Assembly: GCA_016649905.1 (NCBI GenBank)
Contig: JAENWU010000001.1
Coordinates: 1-55,611 of the forward strand
Source of the DNA: Thermoleophilia bacterium
Lineage (GTDB): Bacteria; Actinomycetota; Thermoleophilia; Solirubrobacterales; 70-9
Direction of reading: 5' to 3'
Length of the DNA stretch: 55,611 nt
Shown here: positions 28,408-36,201 of the stretch, one piece after another
How positions within the stretch are numbered: position 1 is the first letter of the stretch
How the letters are laid out: every line of letters begins with the position of its first letter
Translations under genes and position numbers: made by a program
The notes under the pieces: generated by a model
What the model saw: only the letters and a program-made list of their open reading frames with translations
Told to the model about the DNA's origin: nothing
Databases searched by the model: none

Positions 28408-29442
28408 ATGAAGCCTAACGAGACAATCGACTTGACGGTGATGATCCCTGCCTACAACGAGGCAGATTCGATTGCCGATTCGATCCGCTCCTTGCAACAG
28501 CAGACCGTCGTCCCCGCCGAGATCATCGCTATCGATGACTGCTCGACGGACGCGACTGCGGAGATCGCTTCAGCGCTCGGCGTCCGGGTCCTTCGCCCCC
28601 CGCAGAACACCGGTTCGAAGGCCGGCGCACAGAGCTTCGCTCTGGAGAGCGTGAGCACCGAGATGGTGATGGCGCTTGATGCAGATACGACGCTCGCCCC
28701 CGACGCAATCGAGCTACTCATGCCCGCCTTCGCCGACCCGAAAGTGACCGCCGCCTGCGGCTCCGTCTTACCCCGTTATGTTCGGACCCTCTGGGAGCGC
28801 GGACGCTACGTCGAGTACCTGCTGGCTTTCAGCTTCTTCAAGCGCGTCCAGGACCAATACGGCAGGCCGCTGATCTCCTCGGGCTGTTTCTCGATCTACC
28901 GGACCGAGGAGCTACGCGCCCTGGGTGGTTGGTCGACCAGGACGATGGCCGAGGACATGGACCTGACCTGGACGATCTACGAGGCGGGGAAGAAGGTCCG
29001 ATTCCTTCCCGCGGCGCTCTCCTATCCGATCGAGCCTCACAACTTCGGTTTTATGAGCACGCAGCTGCGGCGCTGGTCGCACGGGTTCATCCAAAACGTC
29101 CGCCTGCACAAGCGCTCGCTGCTCAGGCTCGGCTACCTGCGGTCCATCGTCGCTGTTGCCTTTTGGGATGCGGTCCTGGCTTCCCTTGCCTACCTGGTCC
29201 TCATTCCCATCTTGGCCATCGCCATCGATCCGCTGATCCTCCTGGCCTACCTGATCGACGCACCGGTGGTGATGGTGCCGGTTCTCTGGCAGGCGGCCGA
29301 ACGAGGGGAGGTTCGACGTGCCTTGGCTTCGCTGCCGAGCTTCTTCGTGCTGCGCATCGTCAACGGCGCCTTCATGCTCAGAGCACTTTGGGACGAGCTC
29401 ATCGCGGGCCGTTCCCTGCTCGTCTACGAGAAGGGCCACTGA
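28408..29442 (+). CDS. Family-2 glycosyltransferase, membrane-integrated synthase type
   Basis: VMIPAYNE, IAIDDCSTD, ALDADT (DxD) and QLRRW (QxxRW), then C-terminal TM helices. Confidence 0.85.
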   Translation: MKPNETIDLTVMIPAYNEADSIADSIRSLQQQTVVPAEIIAIDDCSTDATAEIASALGVRVLRPPQNTGSKAGAQSFALESVSTEMVMALDADTTLAPDAIELLMPAFADPKVTAACGSVLPRYVRTLWERGRYVEYLLAFSFFKRVQDQYGRPLISSGCFSIYRTEELRALGGWSTRTMAEDMDLTWTIYEAGKKVRFLPAALSYPIEPHNFGFMSTQLRRWSHGFIQNVRLHKRSLLRLGYLRSIVAVAFWDAVLASLAYLVLIPILAIAIDPLILLAYLIDAPVVMVPVLWQAAERGEVRRALASLPSFFVLRIVNGAFMLRALWDELIAGRSLLVYEKGH

Positions 29443-29443
29443 C

Positions 29444-30403
29444 GTGTCGGCGGGTCTGCCCGGCCTTGGTCTCGGCGGTTTGTTCTTCATCTTCTCCGCA
29501 CTCCTGGCCCCCTTTCGCCAGCTCTGGCGGACCTTCAGGGGCCGGAGCCGTCCCGGAGACTGGGCGATGATCGGTCGCCAGTTCGCGCAAGCCACGGTCA
29601 TGGTCGCCGCCATCGACCTCTCCCTGCGCCTTGCCTACGTAGGGATCGGGGCGGCCGGGCTTGGAAACCCCCCGCCCGCAGTCTCAGCGACGGTTATCCC
29701 ACTGACGCTGATCGGCATCACCTCCGCTCTCCTCGTCGGGGTCTTGGCGACGGCAAAATTCGCGGACATTGCCGTACGGCTGCGGACTGCGGAGTTCCCA
29801 GGGGTGCCCGACGTACTGCCACGGGCGACGCCGCTGCGCACGCTGGCGCTCGGCGGCGTCGTTGCGGTCGCATGGCTCGCGCTGCTCGTCGCGGGTGCTT
29901 CCGAGTTGAGCCCGCTGGAGAGCCGCCGAGGGGACGAGAGGACGACTGAGCAGCGGCCCCAGGGTGTCGAAGCTCCCAAGTCAAAATCGGCACGCTCGCA
30001 CGGCCGGCCTCAAACCGAAGCATTCGCCAACCCGGCCTCCGCCACGCCCAGGGCGTCCGATGCTGGGCAGCCCGCGCCTAAACCGGACCTTGAACCAGAC
30101 AACTCCGAGGCCGAAATCGTTCTGGAACCAGCTGTCGCGACCCCGGTGCCATCGCCGAGCAGCGCGGCGCCCCACCAAAAGCAGACTCCCCCCGCTGAGC
30201 CACCCGCCAGCGCCCCCTCTCCACCGCCTACCAGTTCAGGAAGCGGACCGCCGTCCGTTGCCAACCCGCCTCACGCGACCGGTCCACCCGCGTCGGCCGG
30301 GCCGCCAGAAGGCTCTCCTGCACCCGAACACGCCGGGCCGCCAGGAGGCTCTCCTCCGAACAAGTCCGCCGCGCCTCGAGAAGAACCGGGCGTGAAATTC
30401 TGA
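29444..30403 (+). CDS. Membrane protein with Pro-rich disordered C-terminal half, hypothetical
   Basis: GTG lies 1 nt after the GT2 stop. There are about 4 hydrophobic helices, then PAPKPDLEPDNSEAE...PPASAPSPPPTSSGSGPP. The ORF-track start 29318 overlaps the GT2 gene. Confidence 0.55.
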   Translation: MSAGLPGLGLGGLFFIFSALLAPFRQLWRTFRGRSRPGDWAMIGRQFAQATVMVAAIDLSLRLAYVGIGAAGLGNPPPAVSATVIPLTLIGITSALLVGVLATAKFADIAVRLRTAEFPGVPDVLPRATPLRTLALGGVVAVAWLALLVAGASELSPLESRRGDERTTEQRPQGVEAPKSKSARSHGRPQTEAFANPASATPRASDAGQPAPKPDLEPDNSEAEIVLEPAVATPVPSPSSAAPHQKQTPPAEPPASAPSPPPTSSGSGPPSVANPPHATGPPASAGPPEGSPAPEHAGPPGGSPPNKSAAPREEPGVKF

Positions 30404-30510
30404 CCTAAGGGGCAGGCAAGGGGAGAAGAAGGTCGCTTCAAAGCGCCGGATCCCTTGGGGGATTCTGCCTTAGCAATCGGTCTGAAAGGACGTTGCTGAG
30501 CCGTTGAACG

Positions 30511-30654
30511 CTACGCGTCTTGCGAGGCGATCCGCTCGGCCCGAACCCACGAGCGGCGGTCTCTGCGACGCTGCGCCTTGCCGTTGGCGGTCAACTTTTG
30601 AGGCTTGCAGAGCAGGCAGCCGCTCCGGCGATGCTTGGGACGTTTGCGCTTGTG
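30511..30654 (-). pseudogene. Second copy of the small basic CxxC gene, without a canonical start codon
   Basis: [47 protein letters not shown]. The position of the ATG-GCA-GAT of copy 1 reads GGG-TGT here, and the frame is closed by a TGA inside att copy D. Confidence 0.5.
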
Positions 30655-30704
30655 ACACCCCCTCTGCAGGCACGAGACAGGACAGGCCCAGCAGCCCGGG
30701 CGAG

Positions 30705-30747
30705 CTCATAACCCGAAGGTCGCAGGTTCGAATCCTGCCCCCGCTAT
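30705..30747 (+). repeat. att-type direct repeat, copy D
   Basis: Perfect match to 19474-19516. The following AGGA also matches the tRNA flank. Confidence 0.95.
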
Positions 30748-30755
30748 AGGAAAAA

Positions 30756-30782
30756 GCCCCGCTAACGCGGGGCTTTTCTTTT
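30756..30782 (+). terminator. Intrinsic terminator carried with att copy D
   Basis: GCCCCGC TAAC GCGGGGC followed by TTTTCTTTT. An identical hairpin lies at 36038-36055. Confidence 0.8.
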
Positions 30783-30783
30783 G

Positions 30784-32680
30784 GTACGCCCGGCATGGGC
30801 AGCAGCTCGGGGGTGCAAGTCCCCTGTGGATCAGATGATCGAAACCACAAGCCGAAGCCAACTGCGTCGCCGCGAGGCGGGGTGGGAAGGAAGGTGGAGG
30901 CGAAATCGCGACCCGAGGAACACGAACCGCATAGAAGGCGAGACGATCTGGGCGAGGCGGCCAAACACGTCAAAGCCCGTGATCATCAAAAGGTCGTCCC
31001 GTAGATGCGGCGGGTGCGCGAGGAAGGTTGCTGTCCTTATCCGGGGAGACCTGTCGGAGTGTCGGCCTCGACGAAGCAGTCGCCCGACCCCGGTCGCCGC
31101 GAGGCGGCCGGTCACCCGGCAGGAGTCAGCAGAGGCCGTAGTAGCGGCGAGGTCGTGCGCCGTGAAGGGCCGAACGCGAAGCCGAGGCAAAGCGCGCCCG
31201 TGCTCGCGGAAGCCACAGCAGCCAACCCCGCCCCGGCGGGGCCTTCGCGCAATGGATGCCTAGGGTGAAGCCCGAAGCTCCCCGCGAAGAGCGAAGCGGC
31301 TTCCCGGCGCCGGGCGAGGCAGAGCCTCACCCCGCCGCCTCCGGGGCTCTCTGGGAGAAGTTCCTCTCCCGCGAGAACCTGGCGGCGGCGCTCAGACGGG
31401 TCGAGCAAAATGCCGGTGCCCCCGGCGTCGATGGGATGAAGACCACGGAGCTTCGCTCCTGGCTTTCAGACCATTGGCCTGAGGTCCGGGCTGCGCTCGA
31501 CGCGGGCACCTACCGTCCCCAACCCGTGAGGAGGGTCACGATCCCAAAGCCCTCCGGCGGGGAGCGGGAACTGGGGGTGCCGACGGCCCTGGATCGATTG
31601 ATCCAGCAGGCCCTATCGCAGGTGCTCACGCCCGTCTTCGACCCCGGCCTCTCGGAGCGGAGCTTCGGCTTTCGCCCCGGGCGCTCAGCCCACCAGGCGG
31701 TGAAGCGCGCTCAGCGCGACATCGCCGAAGGGCACGAGTGGGCCGTCGACCTGGACCTCGATCGCTTCTTCGATCGGGTCCAGCACGACGCGCTGATGGC
31801 AAGGGTCGCGAGGCGGGTGAGCGACAAGAAGGTGCTCAAGCTGATCCGCAGCTACCTGGAAGCGGGAGTCATGGCAGACGGCGTGAAGCAGCCGAGCGAG
31901 GAGGGGACCCCACAGGGCTCCCCGCTCAGCCCGCTGCTCTCCAACGTCTACCTCGACGACCTCGACCGGATGCTGGAGAGGCGAGGGCACCGCTTCGTCC
32001 GCTACGCGGACGACATCACGATCTACGTCGGCTCAAAGCGGGCGGCGCAGCGCGTGATGGCGAGCACCAGTGAGTTCATCGAGCAACGCCTGAAGCTGCG
32101 GGTCAACCGAGGCAAGTCCGCTGTTGACCGCGCGACGAGACGGACCCTTCTGGGGTTCGGCTTCTTCAAGCGAGGAGGTGAGATCAAGGTCAGGATCGAT
32201 CCCAAGGCTCGCAAGCGGGCCAAGGATCGCCTGCGCCGCCTCACCTCACGCAGATGGGGCATCTCGATGGAGCGGAGGATCACTTCGATCAACCGCTTCA
32301 GACGTGGCTGGACGGCCTACTTCGCGTTGGCCGACACACCCTCGGTATTCGAGGAGCTCGATGAGTGGTTGCGCCGCCGGCTGCGGCAGGTGCGATGGAA
32401 GGAGTGGAAGAAGATCCGCACCAAGCATCGCAACCTGATGGCGGCCGGCATCCCCTACGGCAAGGCCTACGAATGGGCCAACAGCCGCCGGGGGTACTGG
32501 CGAATCGCGGGGTCAGCGGTTCTAACCCGTGGCCTCCCGAATGCCTATTGGCGTGAGCAGGGACTGCTCGGATTCACCGATCCTTACGGTCGTCTCCGGG
32601 ATGCGACGCGAACCGCCGGATGCGGACCCGCACGTCCGGTGGTGTGGGAGGGGCCGGGGTAAGCCCGGCCCCTACCCGAT
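30784..32680 (+). mobile_element. Group II intron, bacterial class C (IIC), apparently complete
   Basis: The 5' end is GTACGCCCGGCATGGG. Domain V at 32610-32646 is GAACCGCCGGATGCGGACCCGCACGTCCGGTGGTGTG, with a 2-nt bulge and a CGC triad with G-U. Domain VI at 32647-32677 has a GTAA loop and a bulged A at 32674. An RT/maturase ORF sits in between. The insertion lies 10 nt after a terminator stem. The 3' boundary is accurate to about 3 nt. Confidence 0.85.
31256..32662 (+). CDS. Group II intron-encoded reverse transcriptase/maturase (no endonuclease domain)
   Basis: RT motifs include PKPSGGERELGVP, AVDLDLDRFFD, GTPQGSPLSPLLSNVYL and FVRYADDITIY (YADD). The X/thumb region is FRRGWTAYFAL...WKEWKK. 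The C-terminus overlaps domain V and there is no HNH. Confidence 0.9.
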   Translation: MPRVKPEAPREERSGFPAPGEAEPHPAASGALWEKFLSRENLAAALRRVEQNAGAPGVDGMKTTELRSWLSDHWPEVRAALDAGTYRPQPVRRVTIPKPSGGERELGVPTALDRLIQQALSQVLTPVFDPGLSERSFGFRPGRSAHQAVKRAQRDIAEGHEWAVDLDLDRFFDRVQHDALMARVARRVSDKKVLKLIRSYLEAGVMADGVKQPSEEGTPQGSPLSPLLSNVYLDDLDRMLERRGHRFVRYADDITIYVGSKRAAQRVMASTSEFIEQRLKLRVNRGKSAVDRATRRTLLGFGFFKRGGEIKVRIDPKARKRAKDRLRRLTSRRWGISMERRITSINRFRRGWTAYFALADTPSVFEELDEWLRRRLRQVRWKEWKKIRTKHRNLMAAGIPYGKAYEWANSRRGYWRIAGSAVLTRGLPNAYWREQGLLGFTDPYGRLRDATRTAGCGPARPVVWEGPG

Positions 32681-33593
32681 CCCGGGGCCAGTTGGGCTCG
32701 GACCCGTCGTCTCAATAGCGTCTTATTTTTGGCTCTGGGCGCTACGAACGAAACCGAGGACGAGCCGTCCGCAGCCCCTCCGCTTCCCGGGACGGATTGG
32801 CGAGGCTCCGTGCATCTGACCCCGCACCCACACGATGTGAGCGCCCGGGGTCAGATGCACTACGCGGGTGGGGGTGAGAGAAACGAAGGGGCTGCGGACG
32901 GCGAGGCGGAGCAGGGATCGGCGGCGAAGGTCGGGACGGGGTTGATGAGGAAACAAGTTGAGGGTGTGAAGGTCGGGCCGGAGGAATCAGAGAGGGAAGC
33001 AGTTAAGGCTCCCCGGCGAGATGGGCAGGCGGGCGTTGGAGCGAGGATGGTTGGAGGCGAGGGGATCGCGACGGCTGGATTTGCCGCTGGACGAATCGGC
33101 TACTCGACGCTGCTTGACCATAGGGGAAGAGGAGGACCTATTTAAGGCTGAGGAAAAGCAAGACTCGGCATGTGTGCCAAACGCGGCCCCAAGCGACGGA
33201 CAACGTGGTCGAAAGCATCGTCCGCTCGAACTTCCCCTGTCGGCGGGGTAGGGCCGCATGGCTCGTGCGCATAGGTCTCGTCTCGCCATATTCAGGAGCC
33301 TTCTCCTGAATATGGCCCGGCGTGTTCTACAGCGACGAGCCGCAAAGCGACTCAGATCAGCCAGTGGCCGGTCAACACCTGCCCCGGTGAGACGAGAAGG
33401 GCGCCGCCAGGCGCCCGCAGTTGGTCATCTTCTACAGCGAGATACGGGACGGATCGGCTGGGTCGGCCAGTCGTCCTAGTTTGCGCGTGTCGGCCTCTGG
33501 CTTTGCGATGACCGACATGCTCGCCAGAAGTTGCCAAGAGGGACCATCCGATCCCGGATACCGTCTCAAGGCTCAGATGAAAGGATCGGCTCG

Positions 33594-33854
33594 ATGCCCC
33601 GCATAAGCAGCTTCTTCGGAATCGCGATTGAGATGTACTACGGGGACCATCCACCGCCCCATTTCCATGCTCGGCACGGCGGCGAAACCGCCAAGATCGA
33701 GATCGCAACGGGAGTCGTTATGAGAGGTTCATTGTCTCCACGAGCGCTCCGGCTCGTGCGAGAATGGGTAGCCGAACATCGCGATGAGCTTGAAGCCAAT
33801 TTCGAGCGCGTCGTCAACCACGAAGTGCCTACCCAAATTGAGCCACTGAAATGA
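33594..33854 (+). CDS. DUF4160-family protein
   Basis: MPRISSFFGIAIEMYYGDHPPPHFHARHGGETAKIEI is the family signature. ATG 33594 follows AAAGGA. There is a 4-nt overlap with the next gene. Confidence 0.8.
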   Translation: MPRISSFFGIAIEMYYGDHPPPHFHARHGGETAKIEIATGVVMRGSLSPRALRLVREWVAEHRDELEANFERVVNHEVPTQIEPLK

Positions 33855-34159
33855 CCGAGATCATCAACGTCACCGACGTAGAGCCTCTAGAGGGCCTTCG
33901 GATTCGAGCGACCTTCTCAGATGGAGCCATTAAGGAGATCGATCTGAGCGAGCTAATGGCCCGTGGAGGCGTGTTCGCTCCGATTCGCGAGCATCGCGAG
34001 GTCTTTGAGAAAGTCCGCGTCAATCCTGAAACTCAGACTGTCGAGTGGCCCGAGGAAGTGGATCTCGATCCCGAGGTTCTCTACGGGCTCTTCGAGCCCG
34101 CCTCGGGCGTGCGAATCGAGCGCCGCACCGTGCGGGAGCCAGCGCACGCAGCCGGCTAG
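33851..34159 (+). CDS. DUF2442-family protein
   Basis: 102 aa. VTDVEPLEGLRIRATFSDGAIKEIDLSEL... is the typical partner of DUF4160 genes. Confidence 0.75.
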   Translation: MTEIINVTDVEPLEGLRIRATFSDGAIKEIDLSELMARGGVFAPIREHREVFEKVRVNPETQTVEWPEEVDLDPEVLYGLFEPASGVRIERRTVREPAHAAG

Positions 34160-34183
34160 TTCGTTCCAACGGCAAGTCGGCGC

Positions 34184-34618
34184 TTACGAGGACGGGTCGG
34201 GCAGGAAGGGCTCTTCGAGGGATAGAGCGATCTCACCCCCGACTCTTGGCGGAACTTCTGCGTGACTCTTAAGTCCTTCCAGTCCTGCGCTTAATTGTTC
34301 GGGCGTGACGTTTGGAGGAACGGACTGGATTAGCGGAAGAGCCGGGCTGAGCCATTCCTTGCCGCCGGTCGTAGTGAGAACTGCGCGGATCATGCTGAAC
34401 GGATCGATCCCCGCTGCGAGCATTGGCCCCAAGGGCGTGTAGACCTTCTGAGTCGGACTATCAACCGGAAGCTCAATCGGCGCGCCGAGGACAATCTTCG
34501 CTCGGAGCTGCCTCAATTCGACCACCGCCCCCCTGAGTACCTGCTCGTTGGTGGAGAACACGAAGTCGGCCCGCTCAATAGCGAGCGCCCTCCCGCCTTT
34601 GTTCCAAAACTGGCCCAT
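34184..34618 (-). CDS. Hypothetical protein
   Basis: 144 aa from MGQFWNKGGRALAIERADFVFS.... GC is lower than the core and the composition is balanced. No motif recognised. The longer 174-aa start is also possible. Confidence 0.45.
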   Translation of the reverse strand: MGQFWNKGGRALAIERADFVFSTNEQVLRGAVVELRQLRAKIVLGAPIELPVDSPTQKVYTPLGPMLAAGIDPFSMIRAVLTTTGGKEWLSPALPLIQSVPPNVTPEQLSAGLEGLKSHAEVPPRVGGEIALSLEEPFLPDPSS

Positions 34619-34699
34619 CCCGAGTTCCACGGAGACCGGGTTATGTGGCTTCGGTGTCCTGCAACTTGACGCTACTCGGTAGTTTTCCCGCACCCCTAT

Positions 34700-35005
34700 A
34701 CCGGCCACCCGCTGGATGCCTCGAAACTACGCAAGCGCTTCAAAGAAGCTCTGGAGCGAGCGCAGCTCCGCAAGCTCCGCTTCCATGACCTCCGGCACAC
34801 CTTCGGCACTCACTGCGCCTCTGCCGGCGTTCCGCTTCGCACGCTCCAAGAGTGGCTGGGCCATCGGGACTACAAGACCACGCTCGTCTACGCCGACTAT
34901 GCCCCGAATCCCCATGAGGCAGACCTTCTGGAGCGGGCCTTCCAGGGCGGGGAGGGCGGCAGGACGTTTGATAGCATCTACACAACAAATGAGTTGGGCG
35001 AATGA
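34700..35005 (+). pseudogene. Tyrosine recombinase (phage integrase) C-terminal fragment
   Basis: HPLDASKLRKRFKEALERAQLRKLRFHDLRHTFGTHCASAGVPLRTLQEWLGHRDYKTTLVYADYAPNPHEADLLERAF carries the R-H-R-Y box II region. The frame opens only at 34682 after a TAA, and the N-terminal roughly 250 aa are missing. Confidence 0.8.
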
Positions 35006-35439
35006 TTCCTTCATTTGACAACAGCGGAAACTTGCCGCCGGGAATCCACGAGGCTGATTGGGATGAACTGGAAACGAGATTCAATGACCGCCGTCGAGTC
35101 AAATTGTTCAGGGGCCTTCGAGAGGCTCTGGTCGCTTTGCGAGAGGCTGGTTGCCGCACCGTCTATATCGATGGCAGCTTCGTCACGGCGAAAGAGGACC
35201 CTGGCGACTTCGACGCATGTTGGGAGGCGGTGGGCGTTGACGCGAGCTTGCTCGATCCGATCTTCCTCGACCTCGCCGCCCCGCGCATGGCCCAGAAGGA
35301 ACGATTCGGTGGTGAGTTATTCCCGGCGTCCTTCGTGGCTGACCCGAAGAGCAGAGCGCGATTTCTTGATTTCTTCCAGCGCGACCGAGATGGGGAGCCG
35401 AAGGGAATCATCCAGATCGATTTGGAGGGCCTAACGTGA
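35002..35439 (+). CDS. Minimal nucleotidyltransferase-fold protein (MNT-like)
   Basis: 145 aa. YIDGSFVTAKEDPGDFDAC gives the G-S-x10-D-x-D NTase signature. ATGA overlaps the integrase-fragment stop, and GTGA overlaps the next gene. Confidence 0.6.
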   Translation: MIPSFDNSGNLPPGIHEADWDELETRFNDRRRVKLFRGLREALVALREAGCRTVYIDGSFVTAKEDPGDFDACWEAVGVDASLLDPIFLDLAAPRMAQKERFGGELFPASFVADPKSRARFLDFFQRDRDGEPKGIIQIDLEGLT

Positions 35440-35873
35440 TTGCCAACGAGCGCCAGTACGCCATCACCCGAACCGAGCTTCAGCGCTTCGAACAAGCGGC
35501 TGAGGAACAGCAGCAGCATGGGCCGTCTGAGGACATCGATCCCCGGATCGGCAAGGCGATGGTCGATGCCCTGCTGAGTCAGGCCGAGACGCTCCGAGAG
35601 GAACTCAAGCGCTACGAGGATTTGCGCGATGGCCGGATCAGCAAGCGAGAGCTTGAAGGCTTGCGTGACCTTCCGGCTGCCCTGATCGAGGCTCGGATCG
35701 CAGCCGGTCTCACTCAGAAGGCGTTGGGCGAGCGACTGGGGGTCAAGGAGCAGCAGATTCAGCGCTGGGAGGCCAACCTCTATCCCGGGGTGGGGGTGGA
35801 GCGTCTCCAAGAGATTGCCGACGCTCTTGGGATGGAAGTCCGAGAGACGGTTAGCTACGCGGTGTCGTCTTGA
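35436..35873 (+). CDS. XRE-family HTH protein with N-terminal coiled coil (antitoxin-like)
   Basis: IAAGLTQKALGERLGVKEQQIQRWEA is a classical XRE HTH. The N-terminal helical region is ERQYAITRTELQRFEQAAEEQ. Confidence 0.7.
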   Translation: MIANERQYAITRTELQRFEQAAEEQQQHGPSEDIDPRIGKAMVDALLSQAETLREELKRYEDLRDGRISKRELEGLRDLPAALIEARIAAGLTQKALGERLGVKEQQIQRWEANLYPGVGVERLQEIADALGMEVRETVSYAVSS

Positions 35874-35880
35874 TCTTTGC

Positions 35881-35986
35881 CGTCGTCTTATTCGTCGTCT
35901 CATTCTGAGCGAAACACAGCAAACCTAGGTCACCTCGGATGGCTTTGGAAAGCCAAATAGACCCTGGCCAATCATGCGTGCCATGT
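35881..35986 (+). repeat. Island right-arm module, variant E
   Basis: Tandem 12-mers CGTCGTCTTATT/CGTCGTCTCATT, then CTGAGC, hairpin GGCTTT-GG-AAAGCC (35941-35954), AAATAGACC and CATGCGTGC, abutting att copy E. It is colinear with 36827-36932. Confidence 0.7.
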
Positions 35987-36029
35987 CTCATAACCCGAAG
36001 GTCGCAGGTTCGAATCCTGCCCCCGCTAT
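35987..36029 (+). repeat. att-type direct repeat, copy E
   Basis: Perfect match to 19474-19516. Confidence 0.95.
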
Positions 36030-36037
36030 AGGAAAAA

Positions 36038-36063
36038 GCCCCGCTAACGCGGGGCTTTTTGTT
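36038..36063 (+). terminator. Intrinsic terminator carried with att copy E (intron-free twin of 30756-30782)
   Basis: GCCCCGC TAAC GCGGGGC followed by TTTTTGTT. Confidence 0.8.
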
Positions 36064-36100
36064 GGGGCAAATCGGCCGCCCCAGGAGTCCCGCCCTTGCC

Positions 36101-36172
36101 ACGCTCGTCTATGCGGACTATGCGCCGAGCCCCCATGAGGCCGACCTTCTGGAGCGGGCCTTCCGGCGCTAG
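36101..36172 (+). pseudogene. Tyrosine recombinase remnant (last 23 codons only)
   Basis: TLVYADYAPSPHEADLLERAFRR*. It is nucleotide-similar to 34898-34966 of the other integrase fragment. Confidence 0.7.
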
Positions 36173-36201
36173 CCTGGCCGCGTGGGGGAGGGGTACGGCC
36201 A

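Noticed and set aside
32729-33145. 138-aa ORF in the purine-rich tract
   Set aside because: The Gly/Glu/Arg/Ala composition simply mirrors the G/A-rich strand. There is no start context and no motif.
33191-33228. GAAA-loop hairpin (AGCGACGGACAACGTGGTCGAAAGCATCGTCCGCTCG) as a second intron domain V
   Set aside because: The stems cannot be drawn without using the same C twice. There is no 2-nt 3' bulge or 34-nt geometry, and it lies 540 nt beyond the intron ORF.
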